Assembly (NCBI GenBank): GCA_036172245.1
Contig: JAYWIR010000062.1
Location: forward strand, 372,001 to 436,000
Reading direction: 5' to 3'
Length of the DNA stretch: 64,000 nucleotides
Source of the DNA: Raillietiella orientalis
Lineage: Eukaryota
In this document: positions 36,747 through 50,570 of the stretch, one piece after another
How the letters are laid out: each line of letters opens with the position of its first letter
How positions within the stretch are numbered: the stretch's first letter is position 1
Position numbers and translations under genes: made by a program
The notes under the pieces: generated by a model
Told to the model about the DNA's origin: nothing
The model's input: only the letters and a program-made list of their open reading frames with translations
Database searches by the model: none

Positions 36747-39700
36747 CTACAACAAAAGAATGTTATGAATACAAACTTTGAAAATGCAAAGGATTTTCAT
36801 GCTAGAAAATATTTTGAAACATGATTCTTGCATTATTCAAGTCAAAATTTTAGCTTTTCCTTGTTACAGATAAATGAAGGAAAGAGAGGGGGGTAAGTTA
36901 AGTGTTACGATGGCACTGGGTAAACGTCTGTGGCGATGTCACCATCTTTAGGGACATACATGGAGAGCTGCTCAAGAACACGTGCGGAGGTGTCCCCCCC
37001 CCCCCCCCAAAAAAAAAAAAAAACTCATCGGTTCCTTAAGGACCCGTTCGAGAAAAGGGAAATTCTTTGGGATTTCAAACCTTCCCGAATTCGAAAGCGT
37101 CACGAGGATCAGTTCACGTGGTTGTCTTGCCTGAAATCACTTTTATTTACTGCCATGCTCATCCGCATCGCTCTCCTGAATATCTCTAATTGCTCGCATA
37201 AGAAAATGAACATTTCCCTTTCAGGTGCTCTCCTTCCGTCCTGGACCTTGGGATGTAGGAAGTACAAAAGTCCGTTTTCGGCTCGGAAGACCGGGAAGAA
37301 AAGGAAAAGATTTCACACGGTGCACCTCCGAAGAGAGAAGAGAGAAATTATATTCCAGCCAGAAATTCTTCGACAGGTCAGCTGGAACCGGTCGCTTAAT
37401 TAACTGAGATGCTCCGCAACTTGATTGAAATTTATTATGGGCAATGCGATCTCTTTTGAGTTTGGTACAAACTGAAGCTTCCTCTTCATGGATGGAAGGG
37501 ATGCATAAGGCAAAGTGTGGTGATTTGTTCGTAAAACGGTACTTTTTTTCTTTTTCCCCCTTGGAAACATCAAGAAAAAAAAAAAAAAAAAAAAAGATGG
37601 AAATCTTAGGGATAAATTCCTGAACAGTTGTTTGTACAAAAGATTTTCTTTTTCAGAAATGCACTCACAAAAATGAAGGTAACAGTGCCACGGTATGCAG
37701 CAGCAGCAAATTGCTGCACTCGTCAGTGAGCGACCGTGTACCGAGCAAACCTGCATCGACAGTTTCGATGTTTACGTACTCAAACACGCACATGTACATC
37801 TGGGTACGTACGTACACGGGTGGATGGGTGAGCATGCTACGACGTGCTTGAAAACGCCCTTTTGTATGTGCGGCACAGGCAGCATGTGCGCATGTACATA
37901 CACAAGCGTGCGTGTGTGCTTCTGTGTACACAAAGTAATGCTGGTAAGCAGGGTCTTTCATCCGGGATGCTTCAGGAAAGCCACCAGATGAGGATCCTAC
38001 AGACGGCTGGTGCTTAAGGCTCGTACTCATGGATGGGCGCGCGTAACCTGCGTGTTGGAGTTGCACACATCGAATTCGCCTTCTGACGAGGTCGGAGATG
38101 CAAGAGGAGGTTAGCAGCACGTTCGTCTCTTTTGCAAAATGCCTCTTGTTCAGCTCATGAGGAAAACGCAGATCGAGACAGGAGGCGCCTAATTGTGCTC
38201 GACTTGCCGTTGCAAGCGGGAAGTTTCCGTAATGAGAAAAAGACGAGTGAAACGGATGGATATGGCGAGAACAGCGGGAACTTCCAGCAGGAACCTCGGG
38301 ACATTGGGCACTCCGGAAAAGGACGTGGCAGCAAGAACTGAATCGGCCCGAGGATACTCTTGCATGGCAGATATGAAATGCATCAGCCTGCTGAGGTTAT
38401 TTCATCAAAGTGCCGATATTTCATCTGAGTGGCGGACGGATCCGCTGTCTTCAGGTCGTCCACGCTTTGATTTCAGGAATATGAACGAACCCTGCGCCCT
38501 CTGCTTCCACGGGGTGGTTAGCGCATCTCTCTGGCGAGCAGCTTCATTCGAATGCTCTCCTCTTCCTTCATTTGCCTCTGGTTTCTTGCAGGAGATGCAA
38601 GCTTTTCCTTCGCCTACCGGCTATGCCGAAACCGGTTGTTGGTCGTCGGTATCTCAGCAAGGAACGGAGAATTTTCGGGTTCTTCCACGCGTTTGCGCGA
38701 AGGCACGCCCGTGCTTCATCTGGCTCGATCTTTCCGAGGGGGGAAAAGTTGGCCATGTTGCCGAAGAAGACCACAGGAAACCGAGAGACGGAACACACGC
38801 CACGTTTCAGATGGGCGCAGAGCATTCCTGACAAATCGAAAACGAACCAGGAAACGGACCGGAAAACTTCGTAGAATCAGCCGGAAGATAAATCAACATG
38901 GGTATCTCTGCCGCAGACATCTCCATGAATAATGAATTCGGCTTGATCAACACAGAAGACGCAGAATGGTTCCGATGTCTTTAATTAGATTTGCAAGCGA
39001 TTTGCCCGACAGCAGAAGCCATTGAAGCAGAAATAATGAGTTGTGCGAAACTCGAAATTTAAGAAAGCATCAACAGGCTTCTTTCGGGAGAGAGAAAATT
39101 GGGCTGATTGGTAGTGGGGCCCGAGCACACCACGGAGCCTGTGAGCCGTCTCGTGCCAGTTCGATCGCCCGGCACGAGATGCAGCGGGAGCGGAAAAGAC
39201 AGGCACGGACGCAACTCGCTGGACTTGTCATTCCGGATGCCGGAAGGATCTTTGTTCTCGTCACGATGCAGCAGCAGCGGTCGAGTTCAAGGCAGCACGT
39301 CTTTTACAGTCACCCCCTCAGATGAGGACCTGGGATACAGAGAACCAAAGTAGAGGATGCACATTTTTCCCACACGTCAACTCGGCGATCCACAGCCTCG
39401 ACCCGTGGTAACGGTCTGGTTCCGCTTCTGGGAAAATGCTCTGGGAAGCTCAAAGAACTCCAAAAGTGTCAGCAGGAGGAATTTCGCATCGAGGAAAACG
39501 GGGAACAACTGCTTTCAAGTCCTCTCTCTCTCTTTCGCGCTTCACAGCAGCAGCAGAGCAAGACGGTTCCGCAGCTACGAAGAATCGACGAGGAAACTCG
39601 ATGCCACGTCTGCACGGGACTCGACCGTACTCTCGGTACTTGGACCGAGTCCCAAGCCAGGGACTCCTGGCGAACGGACTTCTATGGAAGCTGGATTTCG

Positions 39701-42700
39701 GATCGTATCCATCCATCTCACACCACCGAAGTCGTCACTATCCCCACTCGAAAGCACTTCCGTGGATACCGAAAGGCAGCAACGTGCATTTGCAAAGATC
39801 GAGTATACGGAACGTGGTTTCTTAGGAGTGAAAACCTGCCACAACGCATGCTCCCGATGCATTGACTCGCAGGAAGTACCAAAACCGGAGACATCAACTC
39901 AGGCTGTATTGGAAACCACAAAACAGTTGCGGAAGAAACGGAAAGAAACCAACCGGGTCTGCAAATCAATAGTGAATGTGCGCAGAACCTTTACGGGGAG
40001 GATGTTTGGAGGGGAGAGTGGAGCAGAAATTTGGGAACCCGTAAGCGGAGCTTCTTCAGGAGAGTTTCTGGAGAGTATCGGAACCCGAAAAGCCTTCCAC
40101 AAGATGGTTCCCCAGAATTTCCACAGAAAGTAAAGCCCCCGGATCTAAGGGATCGCTTCTCAGGAAGGAAACAAAAAAACATGCCCAGTGGAATGAGGAG
40201 GAATCGCTCGCATTCTGTAGAAGGTGGGTACCCAAAACCTCATCTTGCTGATCACTCCATCTTCGGTTTCCTTTGGAGACCATTTGGCATTCAAAAAGGG
40301 AGAGGATCCTTTGCGTTCTCGAGAGACGTTGAGGTGCTCGCTTAGTCAGAAGGAGCTTCGATCATCATGCAAAACACTCTGATGATGCACGTATGATGGA
40401 CGGAACCCACTCGGATGGAAATGGGCGGACGGAGCATCGATGCAACGATCAGGAACAGATGTGAAATGTTCTCAGAAAACTTGGAACTTTAATAACATCA
40501 CACTTTCTGTGGCCTATTATAGTTCAAAACTGTAATATACCACAATGGAGAGCTCGTTTTCGTATCTGACATGCAAACTTTGCAAGGAAAGGTACCGGAA
40601 ACCGACCCGACATGGCGCCTTGAGGGAAGATGTGGGACGTCATAGGAAGAATTGCATCAAGACAGAAATATCTGGTACGCTGATGCTGTAGGAACTACAG
40701 GAGTTGTGTTGGTCACACTCGTGACTGTGATCAATAATAGACGGTCACCAGATAAACGTAGATAGACTGTTCGAGAGTTTTGTCTACGCCAAGAACGTCC
40801 TAGGCGGAGGAGAATGCGCTTGAAGTAGTGGCAGCAACCTTCTCTGCAACAGGATCCGAGGCAAAGTGAAGAGCATAACCCTGCGCGAGGAGGATAGGAA
40901 ACCAAAATGAAGCTCTGATGCCCAAGGAAAATTGCTCGGAGGCAGTTCAGAGCCTCTGAGAATAGAGGGGGGGAAAAGGAAAGGAAGAGGAAGAAGGAAG
41001 CATAGCGACTGACAGAGCTAGCCAGGGGAAGGGGTGCAAGACACGCGAGAAAGATTCGAAGGGTCCAGAAGCCATCGCTCTCGTCATTATGAGGAAGAAA
41101 GTCCTGAAGACTCTGCCTGATGAAAGAGAAACCGCAGCGAATGACTTCGGCGCTGTAGGCAACACGTGTCTTCTAGCGGCTGAAGGGAGCTCTCCGAGGA
41201 TCAAGCAAAAGAGTGTGGCACGTGAAGAAATTTTCCCGGGAGGAAAGCGGAGCTCCTCAAGGAAAGCGAAGTTCCTGTCAGAACCTGTACGGCGGTCCGG
41301 AAACGCCGGAGATCCTCCACAAACCAGTATCAGGATGAAGTCCGCGAATACAGAGAAGGCAAGTGCAGATGAAATCCCACGAACGATTCTTAACCCTGAG
41401 GAAACGAACGCCTTCGCATCCGTGCGAAGGGGACAGCATCCCGTGTGGAGTGCTGCGCAGATAAGGAGCACGTCTCCAGGCGTCGGGGATTCTTTGCAGG
41501 ACCCTCAGTGCGAAAGCACTGATCATACGGCTCCCAGGGGTGTCGAGAGCATCTCTGAGGGGGCCCGGAGGTTGGAAATCCGTCCACGGATCTCCAGCCA
41601 CCATGGGATCAGGGTCAAGTTCTTGCGGGGTCGTGGCAGTGATGAATGTGGGCAGAACCGACACGGACGGAAGATCGACTTGCCCGGAAAGCCTCAGATC
41701 GAGTCCTCCTCCTCTTCAGAGGCTGTTTTCTCCCTCTTTCTTTTACAACATGATGCGCGCGGAGGAGGCATGTGGATGAAAGGGCGGGGCCATCCCCATC
41801 TTGTTCGACCCTGCCAAAGCACACACGAGGAGAGAATGTTCTTAGGGGGGAATATTCAGGACAGGCCCCGGCGCTGTTGGGACATACGCCGCCATCGTTT
41901 GTGCGAACCGACGGGCGAAAAGTAGAAGGCAGCGGCGAAAATATCTGGAGCAAAAATGGAAATACTGCTGAAAGAGGGATGAACCGTCCCGCAATTTTGT
42001 TTTCGGGAGTTTGCGAGGGCTCCCAGGAATGGCCAGCATGCTGGAACAGTCTGGGAGAAACCGAAGGGGATATTTCCCTCGTTATCGCGGGGAGGCAGAT
42101 GCCCGCCTCATTGCATTTAATGGTTCCTCTAGAAGAATGGGATGGTTTTGGTGCTGCGAAACGCCCGGCAGGAATCCTCTTGGCATTCTTGAGTACCTTT
42201 GCGATAAAAAAAAAGTCCATGAAAGAAAAATCACGTGCGAATGGATCTCGGTTATGTTTGACAATCTGTGGTTTGCACTCGCCGGATGGATCCGCCCGTT
42301 AACGAGCAAAAAAAACAAATCCTTGCACCAGAGGAGCAGATGGGATTTTTTCGGTTTCATTCATTTCCCTTCACGCTCCTGCAGTGCATCATCATCAGAT
42401 TGAGTTTTCATCTTCTTGGATGCGTTCCCTTCACATGCCATTCCTTGGAATTATCCTTGTTTCTCACTCTCTCTCTCTCTCTCTCTCTCAGAAGATGAGC
42501 TCCATGTAATAGTTTTGGCTAATCGGAGCTCCATCTGTCTCTTTGAAAGGCACTCCCGATGGGCCTTCCTTTCCTCGGAAACGCGACGAGCACAAAATGG
42601 CGCTTTCGTCGAGTGCGCGAGGACCGTCTGCACCTCGAAACTTTTCCACCCGCGGAACGTGGGAAGTGCCCCTAAAGCTCGTTCGAATCAAAGCGGACCA

Positions 42701-43345
42701 GTCGCTCCCCCCCTCCCGTCTCCGGTATAGGGGGCGGGGGCAGCCCGGCGTAATCGGCGCGCGTGCATCTTCTCCGGTCTCCCAGATTTATCGCAGGGAG
42801 TATACTGTTCGCACTGCCTTCTTGAATCCCGCTGCTCTTACCTCTCGATCCCCGTGTGCAGAGCGGCGGGAGGCGAATCCGGGTGGCAGGAGATTTCGGG
42901 CTTCCAGACGGCGGTTTCCTTGAAGACTTGCGAACGATTCGAGGACGTGAGTCTGTCGGGAAGGCTGCCGGGGCTCGGCGTGTGCGAGTCGCTTCGGATT
43001 TCCTCCGGGATGAAACAACCACCCGTGCCTCCCGAGGACAACGTCCGACGAAAGCTCACCACGCCGCCTTCGTCCAGGCGAGCGAGTGCTCGGGGTCACT
43101 CTCGACATTCCCATCCACCGAATCACTGCCGACACATCTGCTAAATTTATACGATGATGGTGGAACTCCTCTTGGGTTCTGTGGTCGCTGCTTTCCTTCC
43201 ACTTTTCTTTTCTTTTCCCTCTCGCTCTCTATTTCGGTTTCTCTTTTTTTTTGGTTCTGCTTGTTGAGGAACCTCCGTTCCGCCTCTTTGCGGAGAGCTG
43301 ATGAAGCTCCACGCCATCCGAGGGGGCGTGACTTTTTCAATTTAA

Positions 43346-43620
43346 AGGGGGTAACCTCGGAAGGGGACCACCCCACGGATCCAGGAAGGACTTCGGGAGA
43401 AGAGAGTCTGTTCCTCTCTGACTTTCGGGAGGGAATCCCGAAGGGAACCCTCGCCTCAGTTGTCCCCGAAGGGAGTCACCCCTTCTTTGTTTTCTCCGGA
43501 TAGGGCTACCCCTCGTTTTTTCTCCGAAGGGAACCTGCGAAGCGGGAATCGCTTCTTGGTTTCCTCTTCTTAAGGGACTCCCCAACGGGAGCGGCGTGTG
43601 CTTCTTACACTCTGGAGAGG
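43346..43620. repeat. Dispersed repeat copy 2 (related to 4735-4947)
   Basis: Same ordered blocks as copy 1, with an extra internal ccgaaggga sub-repeat. Confidence 0.6.
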
Positions 43621-43639
43621 AAACCTCCGAGGGGGGAGC

Positions 43640-43960
43640 GAGGGTATCAACCAGCTCCATGACACAGCCCCATTTTCACGACTGGAGGGGAACCCCCAAG
43701 AGAACCGGTTCGCTGACCCAGGGGGTCAGCTTCCGATCCCGGAGGCCAGTCAACGGGGACATCCGGCTTCCACCAGTGCCGCTGTCCGTCGGAGGCCTAC
43801 AGGATGGCCGGTGCCGTCCTGCGGCAGGAATTCAAAACGCACCCTCCCGTTCTCGGAGTCGCTCCTTCCCTGGGCGGGATTCGAACCCGCGACGTCTAGC
43901 ACCCCGCGCGCGGGTAGCCGCGGGCGCGGGCTCATCGGGACAAGTTAGTCGGCGGCGCAC
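43640..43960 (-). mobile_element. tRNA-derived SINE-like element (boundaries approximate)
   Basis: Pol III B-box / T-arm gcgggttcgaatcccgc on the minus strand at about 43873-43890; no complete cloverleaf. Confidence 0.4.
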
Positions 43961-46900
43961 GGCTTGAACGAAACGGCTTCGAAGGGAAGCTGAAATTCGT
44001 CAAATATGCTGATGGGGCGCATCAGTCAAACATGTGCCGGGCTTAACAGAAAGAGCGCGACGAACTCCCCCCCCCCCCTTCCGAAGTTCACCCAGGGGGG
44101 TTCGAACAGCGGAAATGACGGATTTCGCTTTCCCGAGAACGTAGCGAGGAAGCGGCCACTTCCCGAGAGTTTTCCTTCCGAGAGGGCTGGCGGACTCATT
44201 TGGCAACTCTTCGACGAAGACTGTTGCAAGAATGGAAGGATTCATCTTTTTTTTTTAAAAAAAAAAGAAAAAAAAAGACGAGAGCAGCCAATTCGCAGAT
44301 CGCTACTGACCTTGGCTACTATTCTCTTGAACGAACGGAACTTCAACCCGACCTGTGCTACGCGGAAATCCGCAGAATGGAAAGAAGAGCAGACGCACAA
44401 GCAGTATCCGTGCAGATTCACTTGTCCGCAAGGTTTCCTCTCCACGTGCCTCCCTCGGCAACGCGTTTCTCCTTCTTAACTAGGTCTCTACTCTGCACTT
44501 AGGAAAAAAAAAAAAAATTGCAGGATTCGTTTCGCGAGCTACTGTTTCTGTGATTTCGAGGAATGAATTTTCCTCTTCCGCCATCTTTCTTCTGGACATT
44601 CTGCGTAGTTTGAAGTATTTTTCCTTTCGGCAGTTCAGTTCATCACTGCTGCTCACAATTGTGGCAACGTGTTGAGACAATCAGGCTCGCAATCCTTCTG
44701 CCTGAAGGCACTGGAACTCCGGCACACGTTCGGCTCCAGCCTCTGCGTCGGGAACACGAACGGGTTAAGGGAAGATCAGTCAGGTGTCTAAGCTACACGA
44801 GCAGAAAGATCGGGGTTTGCAATCGGAACGGACAAGCGCAGAAACTTCGAATGAGCATCGGCATCTGAGAATTAATAAACTCTCTCCATGTGTTTCCAAG
44901 AAAGGAGGGGGGAGGGGCGCATGTGCCGTCCCTCTAGCAGGCCTCAGATTTCGATCAAGGATCCGCGGGTCAGCCCGGTATCCGACGCAAACAGCACAAC
45001 GCGTGGCTCTGAATCAACCTTCCTATTCCAGCAAACGACCATCCGCGAAACGTACACGGACGCAGCAACGGCAGGAAATAGCCAATGGCCTCCACCCAGA
45101 GTCGCAAGTTTTGCTCATTTGATTATGAAGCAGCAAGCAGAGCGTGGATGTGGAAAACGAATTTTCCCACTCGAGCAGAAGTGAGCTCCCGAAAAATGAA
45201 ACGGCTGGTGACGTGGACGAAAATTTACGGGTGCCCAGTGTCAGAGATCGCATTTACTACGAGCTCATGGTTGACGGTGGAAGTTGCTGCTTGCCAGCGT
45301 TCTCAAATGGCCAAAGCAAATTAGTGTTATAAGACTGGTATAAGTGATGAGGCACTTTTTTTTTTTTTTGTAAAGATTTCCTATTTCTGGATTGTCTTGC
45401 CAGTGTAGCATCACAGAGCAACACAGAAAGAAAAAAAAAAATCATCATCTTGATCACTATTACCAACGAGTTGGAAACCTTGAGTAAGTGAACCTGATGT
45501 TTTTAATAGCAGACTTCTTTACCAAGAAAAGAGAGATTTGTATGTTTGAAAGAGGGATCTGTATGTTAACAAACACCTCTCTCCTTGCAGTTGCTCCTTT
45601 CGATTCAGAAGGAACTGTTCCGAAGAAGCATCCGTGATGGTCTCGAACGTCCTCTGAGTGCTTGCTTCCAGAGGTCATCGTAACGAAGTTCGTGGTAATC
45701 TGCGGTCTCCTTGTTTTGCATCTTCTCCGGATATGGAACTCTCACAGTTTCGCTTCCAGTAAGAGCACTGGAGACGTGGATCCACGGAGTTTGTTCGTGG
45801 CGGAAAAGACATTCTGTCTAAGGAATGGGGAGGTTAAATGGTGCGTCTTTCTGCGAAATGTCTTCGGAGGATACGTCTGTAGGGTGGGTGTTCCTTTAGG
45901 CAACCGCCGTTCTCAATCAGGACACATGTAAATTCTTCGAAAATGATCAAAGTGACATGTGGGAACGGTCACACGTGGCTTAATCAAACGTTGCTCAGGC
46001 ATTAATTAGGCATTAGTTAGGCGGTGATTCATGAAAATGGCAGTAAATGTACTGCTGATGAAAATAAGATCATTGAATTCGATCATTGAATTTTAGGAAA
46101 TCAATCAGAATCATTGGTGACACATGGGCATCGAAAGAGTTCCGGACTATCGGTTGGTGCACCTCCTGGAAGCCACTGTCTCTATGCTGAGCATTAAAAT
46201 GTTAGGGTTTCTCTGCTCATCCCGATTACGAAATGCTCCTTCAGAAAGGTGTAGTCGGAACTGCCAGAAGGGAATGAAGACTGAAACCGAAAGGAATGCA
46301 GAATATCGACCAAGGTGATCTAGAGGAAATGAGGATGTCTTGGTCCGTCCTTTGGAACCAGTAAGGGACTCAACTTTCGCAGCTCTTCATTTGAAAATGA
46401 TAATAATGATGATAGATACTCAGTTTTGATATCCGATTCTCTTTCAGAGTATTGCGTCTCACGAGGCGAGCACATTCTATTCCTGAAGACACACACGCTA
46501 AATGCTTAAAAGGGCGCAGTCATTACTTGATCGTCTTTTACGTAGTTGCGGCGCACTGCCAGACGGTGCCTGCAATGCAAGCAAATATCACACGGCACAC
46601 GGGAAAATTGCAAGCGTTTCCTTTGGAAGAAAAATTGCCTTTATTCGGGTTAGTGAATATCTTGATGAGTATCTCCGAGCATCAAAAACTCATCATGATG
46701 GCCAATCAGACTAAAGGGTTTCCACTGAAACGAGCTCCCTGTTCGTGTCGAAGGAAAAGGGAGCAACATGACTCCATTAACGTGAGCTCCGCTGGATGCA
46801 AGGAAAAAAAAAAAAAAAACTCGATTGCTGAAGAACTTTGCGTCCTGAGATCTTAATTTTGCAGGGGCCCCTTAGACAACTGAGCTTATATTAAAAGAAC

Positions 46901-47225
46901 ACCATCAAAAGGTCCGCTATGAGACAGACTTTATGATGCGGAAGTGAGATGCACGAAATCAAAGGAGTGGCTCCATTTTTCAAAGAGATATAAGTCTTCC
47001 GGAACGAAAAATTGTGCTTTCTGTAACATGTGTCACATTTGCATATGCCTATGCTTTCTATATTTGTACAAGATGGAACTGCCTTCTAGGAAGCGTTGCT
47101 CCTCCATCTCTACCGGCTACAGCAGAATGCCGATCAATTTTTCCGAAAATCTTTCGAATAACTCATTTTCGCCGGTAAAATTTTAAAATTTTCTTATTTA
47201 CTTTTATTTTTCCCCGTCGTTTGAT

Positions 47226-47277
47226 GCTTTCTTGAAGCACAATTCGGATGAAGTCGAATTCTGTGCTTCAAGAAAGC
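47226..47277. repeat. Near-perfect inverted repeat / hairpin (15 bp + 2-nt bulge + 6 bp, 8-nt loop)
   Basis: gctttcttgaagcac-aattcg-gatgaagt-cgaatt-ct-gtgcttcaagaaagc. Confidence 0.85.
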
Positions 47278-47482
47278 TGTCTTTCCTCTTGTCGGTCCTA
47301 TCCACGTGTGACTGATTCGATGTACTTAGTGTGTGTATCTCAGCGAAACGTCTGTTGCCATCCACTAAGTGGATGCCAAGACGATTCCACAGTTTAGTTC
47401 AACAGAGCAGAAAGTCGAAAAACAAACAAGCAGGTTGTTCACACAGCCACCTCAAGCACACACAGACTGGTTCGCAGCTTAC

Positions 47483-47692
47483 CTGAAGATAAAAATGAAT
47501 AAGAGGAGCAGGATGAAGAAGACCGCGACGTTGTCCATCGTTTTGAGCATGACCAGCAGTTGGTGCCTTAAGTTGGGCATGAAACGGATGAGTTTCAGTA
47601 TTCGCAGCAGTCGGAATGTTCTCAGAACGGAGAGGTTTGAACTGCCTCCGATGCTGCCTTGGAGCCAGTCCGTCTGAATGAGTTCACCCAAG
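47483..47692 (-). CDS. Ca-alpha1T: Cav3 exon 11 equivalent: DII S3-S4-S5
   Basis: [69 protein letters not shown](S); ccgtag acceptor, gtaagc donor, ends phase 2. Confidence 0.95.
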
Positions 47693-47986
47693 CTACGGAG
47701 GAGAAAGAATCCTCATCATTGGAATGGAGGGAATGGGGGATGGGAAATTCAGCATCTCGACGATCGCAGACACCCGCATGCTAGTAGAATGCTAGAAAGC
47801 GGCTTGTCAAGCACGCCTGCAGGAACATTCCGTGGTCCCAACCCAGTTAATACCTCCAGTTAAACGAACTTTGTTCAAGAAGTCTCTAACACAAAGCACA
47901 AAAAAGCAATAGCAATTACTACCAAGGCGATTCTATTGCGGAATGTCTGAAACTCTTCCTTGTTCCACCGCTTGCTTTTTACTCAC

Positions 47987-48138
47987 CTAAGCATCACGAT
48001 AATTCCATCAAACAGATTGAATCCGTCGCTCAAGTATCCACAGATACCGTAGGCTATGCACTTCAGTACCATCTCGATGACGAATAGCAGCGTGAATACC
48101 ATATTTGAAATCTCTACGGCTAAAGTCAGCTCTTCGGG
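47987..48138 (-). CDS. Ca-alpha1T: Cav3 exon: DII S2-S3
   Basis: PEELTLAVEISNMVFTLLFVIEMVLKCIAYGICGYLSDGFNLFDGIIVML(S); ttttccag acceptor, gtgagt donor. Confidence 0.95.
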
Positions 48139-50570
48139 CTGGAAAACATTTCACACATGCAGAGGTTTCCATTTCTGGTTAAGAAGACCATGCACGCGAG
48201 ATTTCTGCGCGGGCTTCAGCGCTCCAGCATGCAAGTCAACAAGCGTACGCATTTGCATGGGAGGGGGGGGGGCTTCGCCAGTGTTTCGTGTTCGTAAGTG
48301 AATTTCGAACGAATCGACTGTGTTTGTTTGCAACTGCGGTGACCGACACCTGAAGGGGGAGATTCTTTGGCTGCAGGGCCATCCAGGGCTCCGAGGGGCG
48401 GACTCGGGAATTCCCTCCAGACCGGGATACTCGACATGAGTTGGCATTCCGAAAGCAGGGCGTACGGCTTTTTCCACTTGTGTCATCAAAACCCTGGAAT
48501 GGATGGCGCGTGTGATCCTGGAAGTGATGCTGTAATTGGAAACAGTTTGAAAGGAACCCGCAGTTTCATTGTGAGTTGGGGTAGCTCTTTTACGAGGAAG
48601 CATGACACACTCTGATTCGAAGATGCCCGAATGTCCCCCCCCCCCTTGCTCCCCTTTCCCGACATTCTTCAGGCAAGGAAGGAATGGCACGAGATCGGCG
48701 CGCAGCATTTATGGAACCGCGCCGGAGTTTAAAGGTTCTAATAGGAAACTGAAATCAAATTAGGGAATTCAATTGGATGTTCGCAAATCTGAAAGGAAGG
48801 ATTTTTTTTTTTTTTTTTTTAGACCTGATTTTGGTCTTAAGGGGGACGGAAAGGCACGGAGGTGAATTTTTCGTTTCTGCTTCAGAGAACATCGGCGGGA
48901 AAAGCCTTGCGGTGTGCCGCTGTTGTTCGGGCGGCTCTCGTAGCTGAAGCATCTCATTCGGCAAACACAATTTTTCATAGGAATCGCTCTCGCAGTGGCT
49001 GACGTGGTTTACAGGGTTCGGAAAGATCCTTGGCTCGCACAAGGAAACTCTCCATTTCTTTTCCAGAGTAATCAGGAATCCCGAGAAAAATGCTGATCCT
49101 TCCCGACAAGCAACATCGCTTACCTCCTCGCTTCCCTCCTCTTGTTCTCTTTACTTCCCACTTTGAAAAAAAGGCTTCTTCTTCTTCTTCTTCTTCTTTT
49201 TTCCTATGCGCGAGCGTACGACCTTAGATGCTTTTCGTTAAAAAAAAGCTTGACGTATTTTACGCCGTGTCGCGTTGCTAGGAGCCAAATCACCCAGAGG
49301 TATGTCATTTCCTCGGAGCAGTGTGTTATCCGACGATGGCGACAAGATGACACAACAGCAAGGAACACATAGGAAATCAATACTCATATGTACAGTTTGT
49401 CTTTTCGCCAATGGTTCGAACGATGAGGTCTCCGTCAAATACAGACGTTCGGAAATACCGAATGGAGTCTTTCCGTCCGATGCGTCTTTTTGGACCGAGC
49501 AGCAAATATTCATTAGTGTCAGGCATCCTTACACCAAGTGCAAGATTCCCATCTTTATGCGTCTCTCTGCGAACACATTCGGAGGGTCCCTCGTAATTAA
49601 CGTCCAATTCAAATTTTTCATCCAATTACGGGATCATTGCAGAGGCTCGTTCGACATACTTTGTGACGGCTTCAGCATTTCTCATAAATTCATATGAAAG
49701 GCCGCCGTCAGATTCAATCCGACGGCAGAGCGCATTCCCGGCTCACCTAATCGCCTAAAGGGGATTCTGTCTAAACGAGCTGCGCTGCAGATTGACGAAT
49801 TCGTTACGGTTCTTGTTATTCGCAGGTGATGAAAATATCTGCATGTTTACGCACTCTATAAATATATAATTTATTGTGTCTGATTCCACACGCACACGGC
49901 GATAAACATCTTCTGGGTGAAAGGTAAACAGAGATCGCTAGCGCACCGAGGTGTTGCTCCCGGAATGTCGAAAGCTCCGTCGTGCGCGTCTTGATTAAAA
50001 GGAAGGTACGCATTTTTGTCGGTGGAAAGTCCGCGTTCCGGAGGATAATTCAAACTCTGCGCCAGTCGGTCCTCGGCTTGGCACAATCGATACTTTTTCT
50101 TCTTTGGCTCGTTTCTCGTGCGGGGCCTGCTGCGCGGCGGCAGCGCTCCACGGATCTGGTTTCTTCCGTTGCTGTTGGACTTCGCGCCGGACCCGGTCGC
50201 AAAAGACGTGAGCGCGCCCGTTTCGAGGCTGCCTGCTCCGAAGATGAACCTTTAAACGCCGGCTGCAAGAAACAAAAAAATCCTCTTTCTCTTGCAGGGG
50301 AAGAAGTGCTCGCTGGCAGGACCTTTAAGCGCGCGATGCGAAGGGAGAGTGCCGAGGTGCGCGCGCGTTTCTCCGCAGCAGCTCCGAGAATACGCGCCCG
50401 GGGGAGGACCCCCGATTCCGGATGGCAGAAGAGGAGGGCCCTGGTGGGGTGTGCATCCCCGGGTGCTCCCACGAACCCGCCCAACATTCGCTCCGTTGTT
50501 TCGAACAAGCGCAGCGACCGTCGTCGCCCCGACCGCCACGGGCGGCGCGCGCGCGCGCGGGGGCGTTTAC

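Noticed and set aside
39357..41925. Nested antisense gene from + ORFs 39357-40133 and 41089-41925
   Set aside because: No recognisable domain, codon bias or exon chain; cannot be supported without expression data
20588..47482. A third exon-12 paralogue
   Set aside because: I scanned by eye for further ILGM..FG / TVFQ|gt patterns and found only two copies. A degenerate copy cannot be excluded without a profile search.
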